A DNA stretch of 64,000 nt from Candidatus Hydrogenedentota bacterium (GTDB lineage Bacteria > Hydrogenedentota > Hydrogenedentia > Hydrogenedentales > SLHB01). The translations under genes were made by a program, and so were the position numbers. Below the pieces are notes generated by a model. The model worked only from the letters and a program-made list of their open reading frames with translations. It searched no databases and was not told where the DNA came from. Shown in pieces: positions 54,242 to 63,776 of this stretch (position 1 is the stretch's first letter; each line of letters opens with the position of its first letter). The stretch spans positions 256,001 to 320,000 of the forward strand of contig CAVUWV010000001.1 in NCBI GenBank assembly GCA_963745075.1, given 5' to 3'.

Positions 54242-55663
54242 TTGGATACGAAAGGAGATTTGACTAAAGGTCTGATCGTGCCGGTCATGGTCATCGCGGC
54301 AATATTGGGGACTTCCGTTGTCGAAGTGGCTCACGCCGAAGACTATCTGATCGTTGCCACGGGGGATGACCTCCCCAAGGGCCTCGAAGCGGCCGTCGAA
54401 GCTGCTGGTGGTGTCGTGAAGCACCGGATGGACAAGATCGGATTGGCCGTCGCCGAGTCGGAAAACCCCGGTTTTGCGGAAGCGGCCTCGGCCATACCGG
54501 GGCTTCAGTATGTGACGCCGGATATCGAGATTCAGGCTTGGGGGACGGAATTTGTGCCGGTTTCCGGTGGCCAGGAGAACGGGGCTCAAGACTACTCGAA
54601 CCTGCAATGGCCGTTGGATGCGATGCAGGTTCGGGAGGCTTGGCAAGCGCTTGAAGCAGCCGGAAATCCCGGAGCGCGCGGTGCCGGTGTCCGAGTAGCC
54701 GTCATAGACCAGGGCATCGATACCGATCACCCGGATTTGGCGCCGAACCTGAATCTGGAATTGAGCCGCAGCTTTGTCGACGAACCACTCGAGCATCAGC
54801 TCGGCGGCCCGGTTCCGTTCAGCCACGGCACCTTCGTGTCCTGCATCATCGCGGGGGCCGATGACGGGGCGGGCATTGTGGGCGTTGTTCCGGAAGCGGA
54901 ACTCGTCCATCTGAAGTGCGGCAGGGATCTCACGGGCACACTGCCGAGTTCGGCCGTCCTGGAGGGAATCTACTATGCAGCGAACATCGGTGCCGACGTC
55001 ATCAACATGAGCATCGCCGGCTGCTTTCTCAAGTCCGGATACTACTTTTCCTCCATCAACCCCTATCGTGGGTTTTACGTCCAGGCCAATACGGTTGCAG
55101 CGGTGGTAATCGCCGAAAAGCGGGCAATAGCATATGCCCAAAAGATGGGCGCGACGGTGGTGGCGTGTGCCGGTAACGATGCGGTGGACCGGGACAAAAC
55201 GTGGGACTTGGTCCTTTGGCCCGGCGATTTGCCCAATGTCATCGAGGTGTCCGCCACAGGACCTAGAGGATGGTTCTACGATCAAAACACCGACCTTGAC
55301 GTGCCGGCGGAGTATACGAACTACGGTCAGTCGGTCATCGATCTCGCCGGGCCCGGCGGCTCCTACTTCCCGTGCTGGGTATCCGCCGACGGTTATCCCG
55401 GGACCACGCCCTGGTGGGCCTACGACTTGGTCATCAGCGCCACCCACGACGACAGTTGGGGATGGGCGGGCGGCACCAGCTTCTCCAGCCCGTACGTAGC
55501 GGGTGTCGCCGCTCTGGTCATTGCGGCCAATGGCGGCAGTATGCACCCGGACCACGTCCGTACCATCCTCGAGCAATCCGCCGATGACCTCGGCAAACCC
55601 GGAAACGACGACTACTACGGCGCCGGTCGTGTCAACGCGCTGAAGGCGGTTACCTTGAAGTAA
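54242..55663 (+). CDS. Secreted subtilisin-like S8 serine peptidase
   Basis: Catalytic triad motifs VAVIDQGID, SHGTFV, GGTSFSSP; AGND oxyanion; signal peptide. Confidence 0.92.
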   Translation: MDTKGDLTKGLIVPVMVIAAILGTSVVEVAHAEDYLIVATGDDLPKGLEAAVEAAGGVVKHRMDKIGLAVAESENPGFAEAASAIPGLQYVTPDIEIQAWGTEFVPVSGGQENGAQDYSNLQWPLDAMQVREAWQALEAAGNPGARGAGVRVAVIDQGIDTDHPDLAPNLNLELSRSFVDEPLEHQLGGPVPFSHGTFVSCIIAGADDGAGIVGVVPEAELVHLKCGRDLTGTLPSSAVLEGIYYAANIGADVINMSIAGCFLKSGYYFSSINPYRGFYVQANTVAAVVIAEKRAIAYAQKMGATVVACAGNDAVDRDKTWDLVLWPGDLPNVIEVSATGPRGWFYDQNTDLDVPAEYTNYGQSVIDLAGPGGSYFPCWVSADGYPGTTPWWAYDLVISATHDDSWGWAGGTSFSSPYVAGVAALVIAANGGSMHPDHVRTILEQSADDLGKPGNDDYYGAGRVNALKAVTLK

Positions 55664-55825
55664 CGTCGAAGATACGTCGGCCCAGGTGCGTGGTAGGAGG
55701 ACAAGAACGGTCACGACAACAGATACACATCGTATACGCTGCCGCGCGATTTCGATTAATCGGGTGGAAACGCGGGGGGCAGGTTTAACGGAATTGCAAC
55801 GACCATTTCGAAAGGAGACGGAAAA

Positions 55826-57265
55826 ATGAAGAAACGTAGCTGTTGTATCATCGCGGCCGTTTCGGTGGCGGCCGCCTCACTCCTCTGTCTCACGCAAAGC
55901 GCGTGGGCAGCAGACATAACCGTGAACGCCGGCGACGACCTTCAAGCGGCCATCGACGCGGCGGCCTCCGGCGACACCCTCTACCTCGCGGCGGGGACAT
56001 TCCAAGGCGGATTCGTCGTCGCCGGTAAAACACTCACCATCGTCGGCACGGCGGCGGACGCGGCCAACTGGGACATCCAGACCGCTCTCGACGGCCAAGG
56101 CAGCCAGACCGTGATGATGGTCGCGCCCGGCGCCGACGTGACGCTCTGCGCGCTGGTGATCGAGAACGGGTTCAGCGCTCTTCCGGGCGGAGGCGTGTGG
56201 AACATGGGCACGCTGACCGTCTTGAAGTGTGAGTTCGATGGGTGCTACTCCAACCTCGCCGGCGGCGCGATCATGAACTCGGGCACGCTGCAGGTCGACG
56301 GGTGCGCATTCGTGTCCAACTCGGGCCGTGCCGGCGGTGCGATCTCCAACGGCGGCCAGTTCCCCGCACCCGCTCCCGGAATCGCCGCGGTGATCGCGAA
56401 CTCCGATTTCCGCGACGGTTTCGCGCTCCTCGGCGGCGCCATTTGGAACGTCGAGCAGCTTACCATGGCAAACGACGTGCTAATCGGGAACTCGGCCATC
56501 GCGTTCGGCGGCGGGCTTCTCAATGTGGGTGAAGGCGGCGTCTACAACTGCACGTTTACCTTGAACGGCGCCAATGTCGGCGGGGGCATCTGCAACGGCC
56601 TGGCGGGCTATGCGGCCACGCTGAACGCAGTGAACTGCATACTCTGGCAGGATACGGCGTCAACCGCTGCTCCTGAGGTCGGATTTCACCCGGATCCCTC
56701 CGTCGTCGGGACCGTCGCGTACAGCGACGTGCAAGGCGGAATCCCCATTGAAGCGACAGACGGCGGCGGCAACATTAACGCCGACCCGCAACTTGTCGAC
56801 TCGGTGTATCCGGTGTACACGTCTCCCTGCATCAACACCGGAGACGACTCCGTCGTCAGCGCCGCCAACGGCTACCCGCAAGTGACCGGCCAGTATGTCG
56901 ACATGCTGAACAACCCACGGATTTCGGGCGGCGTGGTCGACATGGGCGCCGTTGAGCTCCAGTCCGTGCTGACCGTCTCCGGCGTGAACGTCATGCCCCG
57001 CAATGACAAGGTCGTCACCGTCACCGTGCAGATCGGCAATCCCAACGAGGACACCGCCTATGACGTGACCGTGACCGCGGCCAGCCTCAACGGCTCGGAC
57101 ACCAACTCGCCACTACCGCTGGTCTACGGCGCGATCAAACCGGGAGACAGCAAGAAATGCACCCTCCAGTTCAAGGAGGTCCCCTCGGGCGATCAGCTCC
57201 TAACCGTTCGCGGCACGTCCTCGCTGGGCGCTTTCGTCGTCACGCAGACGGTGACAGTACCTTAA
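55826..57265 (+). CDS. Secreted beta-helix (GGAI-repeat) protein with C-terminal Ig-like domain
   Basis: Signal peptide; LQAAIDAA..GDT, repeated GGAI.N motifs, SPCINTG...PR...VDMGAVE tail. Confidence 0.85.
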   Translation: MKKRSCCIIAAVSVAAASLLCLTQSAWAADITVNAGDDLQAAIDAAASGDTLYLAAGTFQGGFVVAGKTLTIVGTAADAANWDIQTALDGQGSQTVMMVAPGADVTLCALVIENGFSALPGGGVWNMGTLTVLKCEFDGCYSNLAGGAIMNSGTLQVDGCAFVSNSGRAGGAISNGGQFPAPAPGIAAVIANSDFRDGFALLGGAIWNVEQLTMANDVLIGNSAIAFGGGLLNVGEGGVYNCTFTLNGANVGGGICNGLAGYAATLNAVNCILWQDTASTAAPEVGFHPDPSVVGTVAYSDVQGGIPIEATDGGGNINADPQLVDSVYPVYTSPCINTGDDSVVSAANGYPQVTGQYVDMLNNPRISGGVVDMGAVELQSVLTVSGVNVMPRNDKVVTVTVQIGNPNEDTAYDVTVTAASLNGSDTNSPLPLVYGAIKPGDSKKCTLQFKEVPSGDQLLTVRGTSSLGAFVVTQTVTVP

Positions 57266-57397
57266 CGCACGGAGCCACCGGTCTCAGCGGCGGAGGCCCG
57301 TACAACCGGATCCGCGCCCGGCCGCAGGTCCGCGCGACTGGCGCGGATGCCCAATGAAGCCTCGACGCGGACCGGAACAGATGAAAGGAGGCGTGTC

Positions 57398-57859
57398 ATG
57401 TTCAAGAAGAACACAGTGGGGTGGGCGGTCGTGTTGCTTGCCTTGGCTGCGGTTGTGGCGGCGGGTCCGTCAGCCGTGGGCAAGGGCTTCAAGAGCAACT
57501 GGCCTTCGAAAGCCAGCTGCAACCTGCTCCCAACGGCCGTGGAGCCTCACGCTTCAGGCCGGGCCAATGTCACTGACGTGACGTTTCCACCCCCGGATTG
57601 GTGGGCCCCTCCGTACGGAACGCTGGCGGTCACCGGCAGAGGTCTGACGCCCGGTGAAACCTACTCCGTAACGTACTGCGGCTACTACGGCTGGAACACG
57701 TACTACTCCGGAGACGCCGACAAGAAAGGCAATCTGTACCCGCCGGTGCAGTCCATCGATTTGGCCTACGTGGTCCCAGTGATCATTGCCAATGCCAATG
57801 GTGAAACTGTGCTCGAGGGAACGGTCGTCCTTCACCGGGACTTGCCGGAACCTTCCTGA
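57398..57859 (+). CDS. Hypothetical secreted protein
   Basis: AAAGGAGG RBS; signal-peptide-like N-terminus. Confidence 0.7.
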   Translation: MFKKNTVGWAVVLLALAAVVAAGPSAVGKGFKSNWPSKASCNLLPTAVEPHASGRANVTDVTFPPPDWWAPPYGTLAVTGRGLTPGETYSVTYCGYYGWNTYYSGDADKKGNLYPPVQSIDLAYVVPVIIANANGETVLEGTVVLHRDLPEPS

Positions 57860-58187
57860 GGAACGGGAGCGGCCGGGGAGGCCAAGGCGCCAACCCAGAC
57901 CCTCCCCGGTCGAAACAGCTCAAAAGAGTACCAGTTGTTGGGGGATTCTGATATTCATCGAGGGCACTTCCTGTCGCGACAATCACGACCCCATGTGGAT
58001 CGCTACCCAGTTCGAAATTCTTGCTTTAGGCTCGTTGACAAACTCGGCAATCGGCATGACACCTTCGTGCAATTGGACCGGGTTCCGGCTCCATCGTCCG
58101 GCCCGCCACGAAATGGTGCAATTCATGCTCCGGCAGTTTAAGATGGGCAATGCGGAATAGTACGGACTGCGTAATTAAGGAGGGGAT

Positions 58188-58928
58188 ATGCGTATTCAAG
58201 TGCACATGCTTTTGATGATGGGGGGCATGGTGACGGCGGCGGTGGTAATGGCGGCGCCCGCGCACGCGGAAGACCCGGGGCCGGTCAAATGTCTCATGAT
58301 GGGGATGGGCCCTCACGGCGAAGTCACGATGACCGACGTGTTGGCGGACATTAAAGCCAACTATCCGACGGTGGAGATCACCGCGACGGAAAACGTGGAC
58401 GATCTCAAGATCGAGAATCTCAAGAATTATGACGTATTGCTCATGGTCCAGATGAAGGTGGACAACAACCCGCCGGATTTCGTGAAAGAGTCGATCCCGC
58501 AGTTCTTGAAAGACGGCGGCGGTCTCGTCGTGACGCACTTCGCCGTGGCGAATGTGCAGGAGTGGCGGGACTCCATCGACATCTTCGGCGCGATGTGGGT
58601 GAACGGCAAATCGACCCACCTCCCGTATCACGAGTTCAGCGTCGATATAACGAACGAGGCCCATCCGATCCTGGAAGGCGTCAAGCCCTTTACGACGAAC
58701 GACGAACTCTATTTCAATCTCCTCATGCGCCCGGACATGAACGTGATCATGACGGCCGACGAGGAACGCTTCGGACACACGGTCGCCGAGCCCATGCTCG
58801 CGACGCACTACGTGGAAAACGCGCGCTGCGTGTATTTCGCTCTCGGCCATGACGTGAAGTCGTGCGAACCGCCCCAGTACCGGCAAATCCTCGTGCAGTC
58901 CATCGAATGGGCCGCGTGCCGCCGGTAG
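58188..58928 (+). CDS. Secreted ThuA-like (class I glutamine amidotransferase-like fold) protein
   Basis: GGGLVVTH, HPILEG, DELY and YFALGHD motifs; signal peptide. Confidence 0.85.
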   Translation: MRIQVHMLLMMGGMVTAAVVMAAPAHAEDPGPVKCLMMGMGPHGEVTMTDVLADIKANYPTVEITATENVDDLKIENLKNYDVLLMVQMKVDNNPPDFVKESIPQFLKDGGGLVVTHFAVANVQEWRDSIDIFGAMWVNGKSTHLPYHEFSVDITNEAHPILEGVKPFTTNDELYFNLLMRPDMNVIMTADEERFGHTVAEPMLATHYVENARCVYFALGHDVKSCEPPQYRQILVQSIEWAACRR

Positions 58929-59069
58929 ATTTCGACATATTGTTGGCATTGGTTGCGGCGGCGTCCGATTCTATTCGACAGGACGCCGCCGGTTTTTGAA
59001 ATGAGGGAACCGTCACGCGCGCGAGTGCGTCTCGATGTTTTTGAAGGCTGCTGCGAGGGATTTATCAAG

Positions 59070-59822
59070 TTGCTTGGCACGTTGGCACAAATCGCTATCG
59101 TTTCCGCGAGTCTTTGGCTTCTTATGTCGCACGGGTTGCCGGTTGAACCGGCCGCATTCGCTCCCACCCCCGAACTCGCGTATGCGTTGCAAACTCCCTT
59201 CGCCTCGGAGACGAAGGCAGAAAGCGCGGATCAGCTGAAACAACTCGGCATTGTGTTGAGGATGTTCGCGAACGAGAGTCGCGGTGAGGTGTTTCCGTCG
59301 CTCGATTCGCGCCCGGGAAACCTGATGATGCGGGCCTCGGAAATCTTTCCCGAGTATGTCGTGGACACGTCCGTTTTCGTGTCTCCTGCCTATCCGGACG
59401 CTGCCAGGCTCAAGGAACAAGCCGCGCAGAAACCGCTATCGCTAATCGACGACCGCAGCTATTGGTACCTTGGCTATGCGATACTCAATGAAGATCGGGG
59501 TCTTTCCTTCATTGAAGGCTATCGGAAAGCAGTCGAGGAAGAGGGCGTTCCCACGGATGATCTCAAGGCGTCCGGCGGCGCGATATACCGCCTTCGGGAA
59601 GGCGTCGAACGGATTCTCATTTCAGACATCAACAATCCGGACGCGGCGGCGCAAGTCCGCTCCCGGATCCCCGTTATGATCGAGCGTCCGGAACTCGAAG
59701 GCGGCGGTTCCAATGTGCTGTTTCTCGACGGACGCGTCGTGTTCATGAAGTATCCCGGACCGTTCCCCATGACGAAGAAGTTTATCGAGGCGCTGAAGTC
59801 ACTGGATGAATTGAAGCCGTGA
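59070..59822 (+). CDS. H-X9-DG-CTERM-like protein (start uncertain)
   Basis: LKQLGIVLRMFANE...FP, SYWYLGYA, IYRLREGVER and GGSNVLFLDG.V.FMKYP motifs. Confidence 0.7.
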   Translation: MLGTLAQIAIVSASLWLLMSHGLPVEPAAFAPTPELAYALQTPFASETKAESADQLKQLGIVLRMFANESRGEVFPSLDSRPGNLMMRASEIFPEYVVDTSVFVSPAYPDAARLKEQAAQKPLSLIDDRSYWYLGYAILNEDRGLSFIEGYRKAVEEEGVPTDDLKASGGAIYRLREGVERILISDINNPDAAAQVRSRIPVMIERPELEGGGSNVLFLDGRVVFMKYPGPFPMTKKFIEALKSLDELKP

Positions 59823-60709
59823 AATCTGCAAGTGCAGTGCTTTTCAACAGGAGAGCCACCGTGTTGACGACGATCCTGATCACGATGTTGTCCGTTCAAT
59901 CCGGCGCAGAACCGACCACCGAAGAACCTCCCGCACAGCCGATCCGGCTCGCGCTCATGCACGGCGTGCCGGTGAAGTGGGACGTGGACGCCAACTTCAA
60001 GGTTTTTCTTGGCTGTCTGGAGCAAGCCTCGTCCGATCGCGCCGACATCTTCATCACGCCGGAGTGCTGGCTGGACGGCTACGCTGCGCCGGACAAGACA
60101 TCCACCCCGGAGAAGCTGCGGACCATCGCCCAGGACATGGACGCCAGCCCCTTCATCCAGCGCGTCGCGAAAGAGGCCAAAGATCGTTCCATGATGATCT
60201 GCTTCGGATTCACCTCGCTGGAGGACGGCAAGATTTACAACACGTCCGGTCTTTGGGATGCCGAAGGCAACCGGATCGGCGTGTATCACAAGACCCATTT
60301 ACAGGCCCACGATCTGCAATTCAGTTTCGGACAGAGCATCCCGGTTTGGCCGTCGAAATACGGACCCCTCGGCATGATGATCTGCGCCGACCGCCGCTGG
60401 CCCGAAACGGTCCGCACCCTGCGCCTCGAAGGGGCGAAACTCATCCTAAACCCCACCTATGGCTTCCACGGCGACATGAACACGGCCATCATGCGGACCC
60501 GGTCTTTCGAGAACCAATGCTTCATCGCGTTCACCCACCCGGAAGAAAGCCTCGTAACGGGACCCAAAGGCCAGATTCTCGCCCAGTGGACGGGCTCCGA
60601 CCCCGGGGTCCTCGTCTGTGAAATCGACTTGTCCCTGGCCAAAGACGACAACCACCTCCACGACCGCCGCCCCGAACTCTACGGCATCATCACGCAACAA
60701 GGGAAGTGA
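59819..60709 (+). CDS. Carbon-nitrogen hydrolase (nitrilase superfamily), probably exported
   Basis: Glu-Lys-Cys triad in TPEC, YHKTHL and ICADR. Confidence 0.9.
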   Translation: MKSASAVLFNRRATVLTTILITMLSVQSGAEPTTEEPPAQPIRLALMHGVPVKWDVDANFKVFLGCLEQASSDRADIFITPECWLDGYAAPDKTSTPEKLRTIAQDMDASPFIQRVAKEAKDRSMMICFGFTSLEDGKIYNTSGLWDAEGNRIGVYHKTHLQAHDLQFSFGQSIPVWPSKYGPLGMMICADRRWPETVRTLRLEGAKLILNPTYGFHGDMNTAIMRTRSFENQCFIAFTHPEESLVTGPKGQILAQWTGSDPGVLVCEIDLSLAKDDNHLHDRRPELYGIITQQGK

Positions 60710-60752
60710 AGCCTAACCAGACTTGCAGAAAGTGCGAAAGGGTTCGAACTGG

Positions 60753-60773
60753 GGCACGGGCGTCTCGCCCGTG
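60753..60773 (+). repeat. REP-like hairpin
   Basis: GGCACGGGCG-TCT-CGCCCGTG. Confidence 0.55.
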
Positions 60774-60866
60774 TTCTTCATTTGAGAAACCCGCAATGTG
60801 CGATCGGAGAGTGACAGAACCCGAAGGAGTCGCAACAGAAAGCTCAGTTCCCGATCGTGAACTGTG

Positions 60867-60920
60867 GTCCATATCGTCCATACTGTCCATATCGTCCATA
60901 AGGTCCATAAGGTCCATAAG
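60867..60920. repeat. Six 9-bp tandem repeats GTCCATANN
   Basis: GTCCATA at 60867, 60876, 60885, 60894, 60903 and 60912. Confidence 0.9.
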
Positions 60921-61210
60921 AACCTTCCGACCCTGCACAAATCTGGCAGCCTCAACCGTGGGTAGGGAAAGACGAACGGGGCAGCGGACGCATCGCGGAG
61001 GGGCATGAGCAAGGACCACGCAGAACTACTGCGGCGATTCTATGAGTCCAACCGCGCCGAACGGGTAGCCGATCCCGCGCGTCAATGTCAGGCAGATCAC
61101 AGGTGGAGGCACCTGTGCAACACGGCAAACTGAACTTGTATGATTCCTGGATTATCGATCCGAATTTCTGACAATTCCAAAAGATGCTGATTGGAAAACC
61201 GGATACTCAA

Positions 61211-62038
61211 TGCTGACCCGAAACGTGTGGCACAGCCGCCCCCGGCTGTGGTCTTTCAAAAATCCCCGGGCATCCGCCTCGGATACTCGCTCAACTCCAG
61301 CAATGCATACAGCAACAGCCCAACCCCGTCCGTCGACTCGTAGTACGGTTTGACGACACCTATCCCGCACAACAGACGGAACGTTCCGTTCAAATCGCTG
61401 GCAATTCCGAATGCGTCAATTGTAAGACCCAAAACTTAGTGCTGACCCGAAACGTGTGGCACAGCCGCCCCCGGCTGTGGTCTTTCAAAAATCCCCCGGC
61501 ATCCGCTTCGGATACTCGCTCAACTCCAGCAATGCATACAGCAACAGCCCAACCCCGTCCGTCGATTCGTAGTACGGTTTGACGACACCTATCCCGCACA
61601 ACAGACGGAACGTTCCGTTCAAATCGCTGGCAATTCCGAATGCGTCAATTGTAAGACCCAAAACTTAGTGCTGACCCGAAACGTGTGGCACAGCCGCCCC
61701 CGGCTGTGGTCTTTCAAAAATCCCCGGGCATCCGCCTCGGATACTCGCTCAACTCCAGCAACGCATACAGCAACAGCCCAACCCCGTCCGTCGATTCGTA
61801 GTACGGTTTGACGACACCTATCCCGCACAACAGACGGAACGTTCCGTTCAAATCGCTGGCAATTCCGAATGCGTCAATTGTAAGACCCAAAACTTAGTGC
61901 TGACCCGAAACGTGTGGCACAGCCGCCCCCGGCTGTGGTCTTTCAAAAATCCCCGGGCATCCGCTTCGGGTACTCGCTCAACTCCAGCAATGCATACAGC
62001 AACAACCCAACCCCATCCGTCGACTCGTAATACGGCTT
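61211..62038. repeat. 229-bp tandem array (about 3.6 units) of gene 3'-end copies alternating with an invariant non-coding module
   Basis: Units start at 61211, 61440, 61669 and 61898; the last unit runs into the real gene end. Confidence 0.95.
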
Positions 62039-63450
62039 CGCCGGATGCCCCTTGAACCAGCCGTTCACGTACAACTTGTCGATGGCCTCATCCGCCAGAT
62101 CGATCGCCGTCTCCAAATCAGCCGGGTCCCCCGTCGCGTAATGCAAGTGCAGAAAAAACGAGATCGCCCGGCCGTAATTCTCCGCGTACGTGCCGCCCGT
62201 TTGTTCCGCTTCCGGCAGACATTCCAACAGTTCCTTCTTCCAGCGACGCCCGATCTGCGGCGGGAGGCTCTCGCGGATGTTCTCCGCCCAGTGCCGGGCG
62301 CTCTCCAATGCGTCCGGATCGCCGGTCAGTTCATACGCGTAGATCGACGTCTGCGCCGCGATCATCGGGAATTCATACGAAAACATCACCGTGCGCCAGA
62401 TGTCGATGTAGCCAACCGGCTTCCACAAGTCGTAATGATCGTCCATCTGCTGGTCCATCACCGGCGTCCCGTCGAGCGCCAGCATCGCCCGCCACTGATG
62501 CGCGTCCCCGTCCCAGCCGTATTTCAAGTAGGCCTTGATGTAGGCGAGAGCCACGTCTTGAAACCAGGGGTCGCCCGTCAACTCATACGCCCGCAACAAC
62601 GCCGCCGCATGGGGTCCCGTGATCGTCGTGAAGCAATGGTTCGCGTCGTACCGGTCGCCCGTGCTCGGTGCGTCGGGCGCCAGATTGGTTTCCGGATTGC
62701 GCGCGTTCCAGTGCCGGCCCGCCACGATCTTGCCCACGACAGATACTTCGGATCGCCTGTCTTGCCGTACATGAACGCGAAGGCCTGCAACATAGGATCC
62801 GCCCGCGAACGCAAAATCGCACCCCACGCTCTTGTCATCGTGGCGATTGAACAGGCCCGTCTCCTTGTCCACCACGTGCCATTCCCAGATCCCCTCGACC
62901 TCTTGGCGGAACAGGTCCGGCGTCACGCGCCACATCCGCTCCCATTCCGGCAGGAGCACCAGAATCTCGTGAGGACCCTTGCCGTCCTGGTCACCCCCGG
63001 GCGCGTCCGTGTACGCGTCGTAGAAGATATGCGAACCCCAGGCCAACATGCCGTTCTCTTTTCGCGAACGCTCGAAGAAGACGCGGACGTAGTCGTCACA
63101 GGCCTGCCGCGTACCGGTCGTCGCCCGGTGAGGTCGCTCAGCGCGTAAAGCGTCCGCAGCAAGGGCTGGTCTTCCCAAAGGTCGCTTCCCGCAGGATTTC
63201 GCCGATGCTGGCGCTCCTCACACCGGATATATCCGTCGAGGGGAAGTGGTTCCCGGGGCGATTCGCCCGTGCTCACGTCGATAATGCTCATGAAAAGCGG
63301 CGTGGAAAGGTCCCCATAATGATCGCGGCCGTATTCCAGCATATGGTCCGCCTGCGACTGGACGCAGGCTCGATACGTACCGGCCTTGTCCGCAGGGACC
63401 TGGCCCAAGACCGAAGCCCAGAGCAGTGCGGCGGCGACAGCGACGCGCAT
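61943..63450 (-). CDS. Secreted (alpha/alpha)-barrel protein resembling polysaccharide lyase family 2; frameshifts near 63115, 62790 and 62735
   Basis: GGAGGAG RBS and signal peptide; LLRTLYALSDLTG, GMLAWGSH, PHE, W..HVVD...RH and repeated YELTGDP motifs resemble PL2 lyases. Confidence 0.65.
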
Positions 63451-63776
63451 GGACGGAACTCCTCCCCGCAATTGGTGTTAAGTGTATTAGACCACACTCC
63501 AATCTTGTGATACCACGACTGCGCATACCGAAACGTTGTGGAAAGTAACAATCCTGGGGTAATTGACCGAATATGCGAGAACTTCCGAATGTAGAGAATG
63601 CTGTCAAACAAATGGCAGCTTTCGCCGTTCTATGCAGAAGCGTCAAACTTACAGGATCTTTAGCGATTCTCAACGCCGGTCCGTGACATAGATCGCAATA
63701 TAAGGGAAATTATAGATATTAGTTCTGGACAATCCCAGGCTCTTCTGATATGCTATCAGTAGAAAGGGTGTCAAAA

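Larger units (their letters stand above)
49584..58139. mobile_element. Putative genomic island bounded by 31-bp direct repeats that duplicate the hydrolase 3' end
   Basis: CGAAATGGTG(A/C)AATTCATGCTCCGGCAGTTT at 49584-49614 and 58109-58139 (30/31 identical). Confidence 0.65.

Noticed and set aside
57786..58160. 124-aa ORF
   Set aside because: Overlaps the upstream gene; only its last ~16 codons are meaningful, as the displaced hydrolase tail.
61005..61133. 42-aa ORF with GGAGG RBS, possibly a gene remnant
   Set aside because: Too short to assign, and its 3' part is a REP variant.
61152..61828. Repeated 69-72 aa minus-strand ORFs (MRDRCRQ...)
   Set aside because: By-products of the repeat; the substitution pattern is synonymous in the lyase frame, not in this frame.
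61211..62038. CRISPR array
   Set aside because: The constant part is 133 bp, the variable parts are near-identical gene tails, and no cas genes are present.
61256..62038. Diversity-generating retroelement TR/VR pair
   Set aside because: Differences are not adenine-specific, are almost all synonymous, and no reverse transcriptase is in the window.
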